From Sphyrna mokarran (taxonomy: Eukaryota), in the NCBI GenBank assembly GCA_024679065.1, contig JAGIQG010000015.1, forward strand, positions 33,976,001-34,040,000: a stretch of DNA of 64,000 nt, written 5' to 3'. The notes under the pieces are model-generated. The model was not told the origin of the DNA, did no database searches, and was given only the letters and a program-made list of their open reading frames with translations. Each line of letters opens with the position of its first letter. Within the stretch, counting starts at the first letter, position 1. The translations under genes and the position numbers were made by a program. Below, in pieces: positions 38,528-50,839 of this stretch.

Positions 38528-38882
38528 TTAAACACTTCTCGCTGCATCAGGAAAGCAGCCAGCAAAATCAAGGACCCCCACACACCTTGGCCATACTCTC
38601 TTCCACATTCTTTCATTAGAAATAAGCTAAAAAGGCCTGAGATCATGTGCCAATCAATTCAATAACAGCTTTTTCTATGCTGCTATCAAACTTTTGAATG
38701 GACATATTAAGTTGACTTTCTCTACACCCCAGCTATGACTGTAACACTATATTCTGTACTCTCTTCTTTCTTTCTCCCCCATGCACTTTACGAGCGGAAT
38801 GTTTTGTCTGAATAGCACACAAAAAACAATACTTTTCACTGTATCCCAATACATGTGACAACAATAAACTAAATTAAATCAG
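38528..38882 (+). mobile_element. Rex1/Babar LINE 3' end
   Basis: TSRCIRKAASKIKDPHTP peptide; tail ttttcactgtatcccaatacatgtgacaacaataaa. Confidence 0.8.
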
Positions 38883-38917
38883 AGTCAAAGCTGGTAATGA
38901 CATTGTGCCTTCCCTAC

Positions 38918-39043
38918 CTTAAGATCTCGGTACACTACATTTTTCTCAGAATGGAGGTAATCCAAAGCAGAGACAATCTCTGCTCCATAGAAACGGGCAC
39001 GGTCCTCAGAAAAAACACGTTCTCTTGACAAATGAAAGAATAA
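38918..39043 (-). CDS. AKT1: AKT1 exon (catalytic loop)
   Basis: [42 protein letters not shown]; HSEKNVV is AKT1-type; 126 nt. Confidence 0.97.
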
Positions 39044-39472
39044 CTGAAATAAAAGCAAGCACGGGAAGTTATTCAAAATATTCACCATGGCGTTCACATT
39101 TCAATTACAAGTCATTTACTTGCAGCTTGCCAAATGAGCAACTCAAATTCAATGCCCATCTGTGCCGTGTTAGTTCATTTCAGCCAGATGTTTGAGATAT
39201 TACAACTTCAGCACCACTGCATTAAGCAACAAGGGGAAAAAAACATCTAGGATTCCCACTTCTGAACATCCCTGATGGAAGCTTTGTTAAATGAGGACTT
39301 TCAGGCAGTGGTGCCAGCCCAATGATCAGGCAACTGGGCCGCTCAGAACAGAAGGAATTAACCTGTACCCAGCAAGGACTTAATATCCTAAAAACAGTAG
39401 CTAAGGGAAGCTAATTGGAACAAAGACAAAAGTTTCAGATGGCGTTGTTCAATTAACAAATTTCCTCCATAC

Positions 39473-39541
39473 CTCGCCTCCATTTGCGTAATCCATAACA
39501 AAACACAAACGGTCATTTGTCTGAAAAGAATATTTCAGTGC
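39473..39541 (-). CDS. AKT1: AKT1 exon (hinge)
   Basis: [23 protein letters not shown]; 69 nt; AG/GT. Confidence 0.96.
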
Positions 39542-39762
39542 CTTTAAAGAGAAAAATAATTTAATTAGAAACTTCATTTAATATGACTAAGCAGTTAATT
39601 TAAAAATACCACCATTAAGTAAGTAGGTGAGGATGCGGTTTTCTTAGCTCTACAATCTCTCATAGCAAATCAGATTGCAATGAAAACACATCACTGACTA
39701 GATAAGGTCCCTGTAGCAGCTAGGCATGGCTCACTTAATAAAATACACATCAAGCAATTCTT

Positions 39763-40105
39763 TCACAGAATCCCTAAAATGCAGAAGCAGCTTTTCAGTC
39801 CATCGAGTCTGCACTGACCCTCCAACAGAGCATCCCACCCAGACTTGATCCCTGTAACCCCACTTGATTCTCCACTAACCTTCCTAACCAATATATCTTG
39901 GGAAACTAAAGGACAATTTGACATGGCCAATCCATCTAGCCTACACATCTTTGAACTGTGGTAGAAAACTGGAGCACCTGGAGGAAACCCATATGGGCAA
40001 TGGGGAGAAATGTGCAAACTCCACCCAGACAGTGATCTGAGGCCAGAATTGAACTTGAGATCCTGGTGCTGTGAGACAGAAGTGCTTACCACTGTGCCAC
40101 CATGC
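39763..40105 (-). mobile_element. HE1-like V-SINE
   Basis: complete head, V-domain and CR1-type tail. Confidence 0.88.
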
Positions 40106-40199
40106 TCTGGTTTTAGTTTTGTTAGAAACAAGAGACTGCCTAACCTTGGACACTAATTCTCAGTTAAATGGTTATGAAGCAAAAATATTAAAACAAAAA

Positions 40200-40510
40200 G
40201 GCAGCACAATGGCACTGCTGCCTCACAGTGCCAGAGACACAAGTTCAATTCCAGCCTCGGGTCACTGCCTGTGTGGAGTTTGCACATTCTCCTTGTGTCT
40301 GCGTGGTTTCCTCCGGGTACTCCGCTTTTTTCCTACACTCCAGAGATGTGCGGGTTAGGTTGATTGACCATGCTAAATGGATCCTAGTGTCATGGGGAAT
40401 TAACAGGATAAATAGGTGGGGCTAAGGGGATAGGATCTGGGTGGGATTGTTGTTGGTGCAGATTTGATGGGCTAAATGGCTTCCTTCTGCACTGCAGGGA
40501 TTCTATGGTA
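40200..40510 (+). mobile_element. HE1-like V-SINE
   Basis: complete copy, inverted relative to 39763-40105. Confidence 0.88.
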
Positions 40511-40937
40511 TATAATTCAAGGAGTTGTTTTTTAAGTGAAAATCTTGGATGAAAATTCTATTTGCACATAGATCAGCCAGGAAGTAATTCTTGGTCTGTA
40601 CAAGACACAATTTATAAAGTAGTTCACAAATGAGGGATCTCAAAATACCTGTGACTGCAAATATTGTGCAAGACACTAAATGCAGCTTGTAAACGTGTAT
40701 AATGATACATATGCAGTGGCACAATCAATACAAAAAAATTCCCTGAAAAAATAATTTTTAAAAAATGTTGATGGCAATGTACTCAACATACGATTTATAA
40801 TTGAAGTATCCATGATAATAAAGGTGAATAGAATTTAATTACTTGATCTTTAGTTTAAATATAGTCATTGCACTAATTTATTTTCAAATGTACCCAGCAT
40901 CATGATTGCAGCCAAGCACTGCAACTGTTAAAAATGA

Positions 40938-41068
40938 GCTCTGACAAAGACTCATCCAGACTCAATATGTTGGCTCTCTTTTCTCTCCACAGATGCTGTC
41001 AGACCTGATGAGTTTCTTCAGCATTTTCTGATTTTCTTTCAGATCCAGCATCCGCAGACTTTGCCTTT
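40938..41068 (+). mobile_element. Penelope-like terminal fragment
   Basis: ctctgacaaagactcatccagactc...ctctccacagatgctgtcagacctgatgag...cagcattttctg. Confidence 0.55.
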
Positions 41069-41774
41069 ATGTTAAAATGTATGTTACGTGGCCTCTCTCA
41101 AAATACAAAATCAAGCAAGGTAGGATTCGGAAAAGAAGGTCCAAGAATCAACTTAGGCCTAGTATTGATAATGACGTCAATTCTGACAGAGTCATAGAGG
41201 TTTACAGCATGGAAACAGGCCCGTTGGCCCAACTTGTCCATGCTGCCCTTTTTTTTAAAAAGCCAGTCCCAATTGCCTGCATTTGGCCCATATCCCTGCA
41301 ACATGTGGTCACTTTGTGCTATCGCAGCCAGATCAGAAAAAAAGGTCAATTCCTTTCTCTCAATCTAAAACTCTGAGATCCACCATTTCAAATCTTAACG
41401 CACTTCAGGTCCTTTCCGCATGGTGGAATCAAATGTCAGGAACTTGAAATTTCTTCCAGAACAAACGTTCAGCAATTCTGCATCACCATGTCAAGCAAGC
41501 TGCTTTCACCATCAACAAGAATGGACAGTAGAAAAATACGAGATTCAATTCAGAATTCAAGAAGTGCACTTCAAAAGTCAAAAAAAAGATACACTTTTCA
41601 AAACCCCATTTAAATGTTTTGTTTTAAGAGTATCCTTAATATGAACGAGAGAGAGAGAGACTGTTTAAATTAAAAAGTGTAATTTTTCAAAACTTATTAT
41701 TAGTCACAAATTGGATGCATGCGTGAACTGAGACAAAAGAATGGGTAATTGATATTGACTGAGTGAGTACCTAC

Positions 41775-41840
41775 AGTTAAGAATGGATGCCTAGAATTTT
41801 GTAACACTCTGTTTTCCGTCACAGTGTGTGCTACTTCATC
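41775..41840 (-). CDS. AKT1: AKT1 exon (alphaC helix)
   Basis: DEVAHTVTENRVLQNSRHPFLT; 66 nt. Confidence 0.96.
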
Positions 41841-42016
41841 CTGCATAAAAGATAAAAGCAGATTTAGAAAACCAATATTGAAATAATCGCACTGAATTTC
41901 AACTCAAATAACAGATGTCGAATGAATAAATTGCTTCATATTGGTAAAATAAGGTTTTACTGAAAGCTCTTAAGTCATTCTGCAACAGCAGTCACAACAA
42001 GCTTGTGAAGGGTTAC

Positions 42017-42148
42017 CTTTGCTACTATTACTTCCTTCTTAAGGATCTTCATGGCATAATACCGTCCGGATGCTTTCTCCTTCACTAAAATCACCTTTCC
42101 AAACGTTCCTTTTCCAAGTAGTTTTAAGTATTCAAAGTTATGCATAGT
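42017..42148 (-). CDS. AKT1: AKT1 exon (Gly-rich loop, AMK lysine)
   Basis: [44 protein letters not shown]; 132 nt. Confidence 0.97.
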
Positions 42149-44069
42149 CTGTAACACATCAAACAATAACCACAAACTGTCCAGCAGAAAACAAGCTTAG
42201 CCCCAATGCACTCCTACAATGTCAGGGTCATAGTACAGTTGCTGTAGAAAGGTTTATTTTACAATGTCCTCATGGTCACATAAGAAAATCTTATTTGGAA
42301 TGTGCTAGTGGATTTTTCAGGGAGATGCACTGAGCTGATTGACAGCAGTTTCAGAATTTAACTGTGAATCAATACCTTTTGGATTTTGTTGCATCCTAAT
42401 GTGCTGACACATATTTTAATCATTACTTATGTATTCTCAACAACATTGCTCTCGATTTAATCGTTAATGGGTCAGGTTCACAAGCAGGGACTCTGCTGTC
42501 CTGGGGTTGCATTACTCTGCTGAAACAGCGACAGTGGTATAAAATCTAATATTCCAGAAGGAGACCATTCGGGCTATCGAGTCTGCACCGATCACAATCC
42601 CACCCAACCCCTATTCCTGATGCTCTACATATTTACCCTGCTAGTTCCCCTGACACTAAATGGCAATTTATCATGACCAATCAACCTGACCGTGTGTCTT
42701 TAGACTGTGGGAGGGTTTTGTACAAATCAAAGCAATATTAAACATTTGGAAAGTTCAAAGTTAAACTAAACTGGGTGGAAAAAGATGTCAAGATGGTGGG
42801 AGTGATTTTTAACTTCAGCTATGGTGGAAAACTGGCAATGGCGATCAGCCATCCATTATGCCAGAGTTACCCAAACCTTTCTCACAGAACCCTGCTGACC
42901 TCCCAAGCGTACTGACAGAACTCCTAAGAAACGTGCGGATTATGTTGGAGAGTTGAACAGGAGCTGCCTTTCACAAGTGCTGCGGTAAGACACAGAAACT
43001 ATGCTACTCAAGGCTTGTTTGGGTGATTTGGTCTTATCTAATTTGAATCTATATGATATTTGTGTTACATTTTTGCAATTTATTTTGCTTTGCAAGTTCT
43101 TTCCACCCTGGGATGCGCAGTACTGCATTGTATGGTATAATATTTCAACTTGTTCATTAATTATTCCAGGCAAGAAATGTGCAAAGGAACTTAACTCTGG
43201 CTTTAACATTGATTCCTATGGGAACCCACAAGTCTTTTAAAGTTGTTTTACTTAAAGTCACAATCCCAGAAACTGAACTACAACATTAAGTGAGGAACCA
43301 CTGTAGAATCAGCAATAATGTTTTCCTGCCATGGCACAATGTGAAAATTAGCCCCATTGATGTCCCAAACTTGCTTCATAATTATCCACTGGAGAAATTA
43401 TTATGTTGTACCAAATTTACTCGGGAAAAAAAAACAAATGTGGACACGGGATAATAGGAGAAAATGATGAAAAAGCAAAACAAAAATATCATTGTACGGA
43501 ATCAAGGAGTTCAGACAGTAAATAAATTTAGATGCATAATTACTTATATGAATCTTACATCCATGCACACTTTACATTGATGTTTTTCCATTATAAATTC
43601 CTACATCCATATTTAAAATGAAAACTAATCCCTCCACAGGTTGCAGGATCTAATTATCATATGAAAAGTTTCAATTTCAGTTACTTCAGGATTAACAATG
43701 GAAATGTGAAAACAGGATGTCTGATTTTTAAAAATGAGGACCCAATTACATCTGTGCCTCATCCAGTTTTCTGTATATTATACATAATCGTAGGGCATAT
43801 TCTCTACATAGTAGATTTGTTCCTTCATATTTGTGGAATTTTATACTTGTGCTAGAGTCAGTTTCTACATTAGCTGGAGGATTATGTTTCACTTTGTGAA
43901 AGTGAGTGTATCATGAAGCGGGAAGATAGAGCAGAGTTTGTAAGCAACAGATTTGCTTTCAAAGAGGAAGAATAATTTATGCAAATATGAATGTTTGGTC
44001 TAGTGGGGAAGAATTTACATCTAGAGGAACAGAGGTTAAAAACTTGCCGTGGAAAGCAATTTTTTAAAA

Positions 44070-44700
44070 TAATTGTTCGTCCGTGAGATGTGGCTTTTGC
44101 TGGAATGCTTTATCACCCATCCTTAATTGCCCTCGAGAAGGCAATGGCGAGTTGCCTGCAGTTCACATTGTGTAGGAATACCCACAGTGCTGTTAGGATG
44201 GAAATTTCAGGAATTTGCCTGAGTGGCAGTGAAGGAACAGTGCTTTTAATTCCAATTCAGGATGATGTGGAGGGAAGCTTAACAATAATGCTACTTCCAT
44301 GTAGTGGTACTCTTGTCCTTCTGAGTGGTAGAGGGCGTGTGTCTGAAAGATGCTGTCGAAGGACGTTTGCTAAGCTGCAATAATGCATCTTGCAGATGGC
44401 ACACACTGACACTACTGTGTGTTGAGAGAGAGCATGTTTAAGGTGGTGGATTGGATGGCAAATAAATAGGCTACTTTATTGTCTATCCCTGAGGGCAGTT
44501 AAAAATCAACCAAATTGCTGTGGGTCTGGAGTCATATGTAGGCCAGACCAGGTAAGGACAACAGATTTCCTTCCCTAAAGGACATTAGTGAACCAAAATG
44601 GGTTTTTACAACAATGGTTTCATGATCATCCTTAGATTTTTATTGAATTCAAATTTCACCATCTACCGTGGTGGGATTTGAATTCAGATTTGAACCCATG
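44070..44700 (-). mobile_element. Zenon-like LINE 3' end plus tRNA-SINE fragment
   Basis: same sequences as 19000-19400 and 24100-24260. Confidence 0.6.
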
Positions 44701-45299
44701 GACCTTTCCATGATCTGCCCCTCGCCCACTCTGATTCCTATGGCAGGTGGAACTGGAAAATTCATCTCATAAATCCTGGGATTCTGGCATTCAAAAAAAA
44801 AACTACTGAAATAGCAGAACTGAAAATGAGTTGCACTTTAAAATAAATACACCAGGAGCCAGAGTCAAACTTCTGTCCAGATAAGTTAGGGTTGACTGGA
44901 AACGGTGCCAATACCATAAACAAATGATCCTGGGTATGTGGTGAAATTAAGGTGAACAGAACTGACACAAAAAAACTAAGGTAAGACTTAAAAAATAGAA
45001 AGACCAGAATAGGAAGAGGATAAAAAGATCAAAAGGTAAAACAAAAAGCAACTGACGATGCGTTTCTAAAGAAGGACAAAGATGAACAAGATGAATCCAG
45101 CCTTCCCATATTTCCACTGAATACAACAAAACAAGTTAGTACTCCAGATCTCTAACCTTCCATATGAGGCTGGCAGATCACAATCAATTTTACCTGAATT
45201 TTGGTCAGGGAGAGGGGGGTGGAGATGGGTAGAAGAAAAAAAATTAACGTTCAACTTTTTCAGTTTTGTCAAGAATGTTCATTATTCAAACAAGCATAT

Positions 45300-45535
45300 T
45301 ATCTTTGCTCATTGGACCCCAACATGTAGAAGAGGTATCGTGATAACCTAACATTAGGCAAAATTGCATTACATTGTGAACTGGCGTTCACGTGAATGCC
45401 AGCGGGAGCTATGAGTTTAGCTTCGGCAATTGACCGCAAATTAAACCTGGTCGCCTTAATGGAAATTCTGATTGACGAACATGACTTGTGTTGATTAATA
45501 AACTGGAGCCTACAATATAGTGCAATTTCAAGGCA
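45300..45535. promoter_or_regulatory. putative conserved non-coding element or enhancer
   Basis: repeat-free, CpG-retaining; 22-bp near-palindrome around CACGTG; TAAT and TGATTGAC motifs. Confidence 0.4.
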
Positions 45536-45559
45536 GATATTTTTTGGTTGAGACATTGG

Positions 45560-45882
45560 AGGAGCACTGTAGCACATTGGTTAGCACTGCTGCTTCACAG
45601 CTCCAAGGACCTGCGTTCGAATCTTGGCTTGGGTCACCGTCTGTGTGGAGTTTGCATGTTCTCCCCGTGTCTGCGTGGGTTTCCTCCGAGTACTCCAGTT
45701 TCCTCCACATTCCAAAGATGTGCAGGTTTGGTTGATTTGCCTTGCTAAAATTGCCCCTTAGTGTCCTGAGATGTGTAGCTTAAGGGATTAGCGGGTAAAT
45801 ACGTAGGGATATGGAGGTAGGGCATGGGTGGGATTGCAATCAGTACAGACTCAAGGGGCCAAATGGTAGGATTTCTATGATT
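45560..45882 (+). mobile_element. HE1-like V-SINE
   Basis: complete head and V-domain, CR1-type tail. Confidence 0.88.
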
Positions 45883-46446
45883 AAAATGAAGGCAGTTTCC
45901 ACTCCATCCCATACTTTAAAGAAAAGCAGCAAAAATACTTCCCAGAGTCCGAACTGATATTTTCAATTATTGCTGCTGTGCATGGGACCTTGCAGTGTGC
46001 AAATTGGGTGCCATATTTGCTACAATAATAACTGCATTCCCAAAGCATATTCATGGGCTGTAGAGCACTTAGAATCATTCAGAGGCTGTGAAAGATGCTA
46101 TATAAATTCAAAGCTTCCTTTGGCTTATGAAATCGCAACCAACAGAATACGTTTTCCCACTCACCTCACATTCCTTCACAGGGGAAACAGAAACTTCTAA
46201 ATTAATTACTGATAACACTTGATGGGTGTTTAATACACTTGGATGACATTTCTTGGACTATTTTAATAGGGTTGTTAAAAACATACGCAATGGGACATTG
46301 TATTAATGCTTTCAGTAATTAACAGCAACAGCTGTTATTTTCAATCTATAGGGTATTTCTACAATATATCAAACATAAATATTCTGTTAAATAATGAAAG
46401 TTGTTACATATTTGATGCCCGAGTTAATGTAATTAAGGTATCCTAC

Positions 46447-46591
46447 CACTTTGTGTTTTGGTCTATTGTGAGAAACGTCCATGCCATCTGTCCATGAATT
46501 ATCATTCGGGGACTCAGAATGGTAGTCCATGATTTCCTCCTCTTGCTTAAGACTATCTGCTACTGTTTGGATGGCTTTTGTCCATTCTTCC
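46447..46591 (-). CDS. AKT1: AKT1 exon (PH C-terminal helix and linker)
   Basis: [48 protein letters not shown]; 145 nt; phases fit both neighbours. Confidence 0.93.
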
Positions 46592-49417
46592 CTGTAAGAT
46601 CATAATTAAAGATCACCATTCCAAACCTTACTTGCAATAAGATAAATTACAGATGAAATATTCCCAAAACACTGCACCTTCAATGCATTTAATCATCTTG
46701 TTTTTTTTTTGTAAACAAGAGGAACATTTAAATGTGTGACAACCTATGGAAGGGCAATCTTTCATGCAAATACCAGTGGGGGCTCAAGATCCGAAAGTTT
46801 TTGTCGGCAAGAACATGACTACGCACCTTCCCCATCCCACGCCAGTGACGTCATCCGATTCACACTCATAACAGGCTGGATTTGAATAAGCTTTGATATA
46901 ATTAACAAACCACCTCCCCCTCACTAAAGGTTGACACCCCTGCTGTATATTGACACGGTGCCAATATGACAGCATGTCAGCACAGTTTACAAAAAGTTCA
47001 TCCCTAGATGTGAATCTGTCATGAGGATTCTCCCCGGTAAGTATGGTTCCCGGGGAGGGGCATGGCCATGCAGTGCCCTGGCCATGCCCCCGAGCACGGG
47101 TTGGCACTGCCAGGGTGAGACTATGCTCATGCTAACTTGATAATGCCATCACATGCTCAGGGGTAGGAGCCTCATGTGCATGGGAGGGGGGATACATTTA
47201 GATATTGTCAAGGTCGGGAGCAGACAGAGAAGCTGGGATTGCCAGCATGGGAGGGTGGGGAAGGCAGGCAATGATCAGGGGGTGTTGGAGAGAAGGGGCC
47301 AATGGGCGGGGAGGGAAGAGATGATTGTAGAGAAGAGAATGATCACCTGGAGATGATGTAGAGAAGTGCTGACTCCGATGGGGGGGGTGTTTACTCAGGT
47401 TATGATCAGAACGCCCTTTAAAAGTTCTCTGTGCAGCCAGGTATTGGAGTGTTTTGAGGACCCACACCCTTACACGTTGACATGAATACCACCCTGCACC
47501 TCCCTTCCCCCTGATTTTTTTGGCAGAATGTGGAAAGATCTGGAGAGGAAACCGGCCTGTTTCTCCGGAGAGAATCATGCCTGCTTTCTTGCCAGATACA
47601 ACACTCTGCCGCATTTTGGTAAGAATTTGCCCAATATTTTAACCGAGCTGTTCATCACAAAGCATCTTCTACTTCAGATAAAGTAATAAGTAGCTAAACT
47701 GCGACCAATTCTATTGAATGCTTGGCTTTCTCCCCTAACTAAAACTAGTTTTTAAAATCTGAAGTTGCTATATTTTCTGCATCAAAGCTGCAATCAAAAA
47801 TTGGTTTTCAAAAAAAGCCCTCTACGTTTTCAGGCCATTAGAGATGGGAACATTTTTCTGTCATAGTGATTAAGGAGGTCAGATTTACAGCCACAATAAA
47901 CGACTGCAGATTGTATATATCCCCTTCCAGGACTGAAGAAAATCGAGGCACTGAAGAAGTGTTGCATTGTCATGTTTGGCGTGAGACATTAAAATGAGGC
48001 CTTACTCAGGCAGACATATATATAAAACACAGCACTCTGTTGAAGAGCAGCAAGAGAGTTATCCTGGTCAATCGACATCACAAACACAAGTCGTTTGATG
48101 ATTCCCGTGTTTCTGTCATCGAAGTTTGGGTAGATGCAAAATTGGCTGCCTCGCTGCAATAGTGACGACACTTCAAAAGTACTTAATTGGCTATAAAGCA
48201 GTAGGAGATGCCCAGTGGCTGTTGTCTTTCCCCTTTCAATGGGGGCTTGGTGCACAATGGTAACCAGCCACAAACAATTCAGCAGCACTAAAAACATCAA
48301 ATCTGAGGTAAAACAAAATATCAATCCCTTAATCCATGACTCAACTCCAACAAGAGAAAGTAACACGTTTCTTCGTTTCTCCAGTTCTCCCTTATTATTT
48401 AAGACTGTTTTCCCATTACAATTTTTACTTTCTTGTTTTCCACTCTTCTCTGTTCTTGCTTCCTTTCATTTTCTTTATCTATCCAAATAATGAGATCTTT
48501 TTTTCCTTCCTTCTCCAAATGCTGCGTCAGTTTCAACAGGAAATGCTTTCCCAAAACCAGTAAATGGCCAAACAGGTTCGGGGAAGGCACCTGGTACTCT
48601 TTCTTGTGGTAAGAAACCATTACATTGAATGCTGGGCTCAGCTACTTTCCCTTTATCTAACTCAGTGGCTGCGTGCCCATGTTTCAAAGAGTGCTGCTGT
48701 TGGGGATTCGGCCACAAGCGTCACTAACAGCAACAGTTACTGGGGGAACAAACAAAAAACATCAAATCACTCTCTTGCAGCGCGAAAAGGATTAAAATAT
48801 CAGCCTTCGGGTTCATAATGCAAGTCATTTTCACTTTTCCCCCTTATGCGCATTTACACCTCCATTACATTGTTCGTAGAACAGAGTGTATATAACTTTA
48901 GAACTGTAAACTGAACATTTCAACAATGCATCAGAGACAAAAGCTCGAAGTTAAATGGTAGAACTTAATGACTAGAAAATTTGTAAGCAGTGTTATAAAA
49001 GGCTAGGATTGATTCATAGAAATTATAGCACAGTAAGTGGCCATTCAGCCCATCAGATTCATACAAGTACTGGCATTTCAAGTGGAACTAATATTACATT
49101 CCAGCCCTTTGTCTTCTCCTCCTCATATATTATTTTTAGCAAAAACTTAACTGATTCTCATTTGACTGTGATGTTGTCACTCCACAATCAAGCCACAAAG
49201 TATATAATTTTCCAATAAAATTGTGAAAAAATATTCTTGCAATTATGCCCTTCCATTTCTCTTTGAATTCAAGACCAATACGACCCTTTCAGAAACTTGA
49301 AACATCACTATTAGACCTTAAACCTTTCTGTCCCAGTAAAGACATCTTAATTTTTCAATGCCTTCATAATCTCATCAGCGTATAATTGAAAACCATATGC
49401 AGTTGCTTAAAGTCCTT

Positions 49418-49685
49418 TCATAGAATCATACTGTGCAGAAGGAGGCCATTCGACCCACTGAATCAGCACCGATCACAATCCCAGCTAGGCCCTATTCCCA
49501 TAACCACATGTATTTACACCAGCTAATCCCCCTGACACAAGGAGCAACTTAGCGTGGCCAATCCACCTAACCTGCACATTTTTGGACTGTGTGAGGAAAC
49601 CAGAGCACCAGAGGAAACCCACGCAGACACGGGAAGAATGTGCAAACTCTACACAGATTGTGACCCAACCTGGGAATTGAACCCA
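49418..49685 (-). mobile_element. HE1-like V-SINE
   Basis: B-box, V-domain and tail. Confidence 0.85.
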
Positions 49686-49969
49686 ATCTAAAACTTTGAT
49701 CTAAAACCATATAAGAAAGGAAAAGTAGCAAAGTTAGTCAATATTCTTAAAAGACATCAACAACATACTAGTAGTGACATTAGACCTCAGCTTTCTTTAA
49801 AAATATTTCAATAGCAAAATAACTTTTAAGAATATGGAAGTAATACACTGGCCATGCATTATTAACTCATTTGCTTGTGTTAACATTTTTGTGCTGTTAA
49901 AAGAAAACAACCTCCTCCTGCTGCTCAGTATTGTCTGCTGATAAACACACATCCTTTACTAAGACATAC

Positions 49970-50081
49970 CGTTGCTCTGGGGTATCAACATGAAATGTTC
50001 GTTCAATTACTGTAGTCCACTGGAGACAGCGAATGATAAATGTGTTTGATTTTGGTCGCTCCGTCTTCATCAGTTGACATT
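49970..50081 (-). CDS. AKT1: AKT1 exon (PH domain)
   Basis: (Q)[37 protein letters not shown]; 112 nt. Confidence 0.96.
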
Positions 50082-50839
50082 CTAACGGAAAGATGAAATT
50101 AGCCTGAAAATGACATTTCTAAGCATTGTACTTTCACTGCCAGGCATCATTAATAAATACAACTCGATAACACGCCTCTCAGTTCCAATCTCCAACTCCA
50201 CATTTCAACCGCACTTTGCAAGAAGCAGGAAGTTCAACCCAATGCTTCCCTCGTGTGTGGGAATCGGGCAGCAGGCAACACAGGGAAATTCAGCATTGAT
50301 CAACCTGTAAGTGTGACCTGATCACATCAGCAGAAATACCCTCTGGCATGTGGAATGGCATTCCAAAAAAACAGATCAAATGAAGGGAGAAAAAAAACCA
50401 GAAAAGCAGGATTTATATATAAACATCGAACAACCTGAATGACTTTTAGGTGCCAGCAATTTTATTAGGTTTGCAGTTTAGTACACACTGAAAAATTATT
50501 CTGAAATGAAGGTTAAAGGGATAATTTGGAACGAAAGGAAAAAACTGGAAAAAAATGTTGGTAGCTAACACAGAAGGGCACAACAGGAGATGTTAAACTA
50601 TATGGTGGGCAGGGCCATATCTAAAAACTTCTCACTTTGCTGGCATTTTGTGGTTCACATCACTTTGCCATTGCTTTAATCTTGTCTTTGACTGAATTTA
50701 CGTCCTACGAAAGTTAGCTCTACCGTGCCTCGAAAGCAGTTGTCTACATTTACCCCAATCCCCCCTGACTTCAATCAGCCAATACTGATCTCAGCCTCTT
50801 CTATGTTCCTCTCCATTTTCCCCATGAATAATGATGTTT

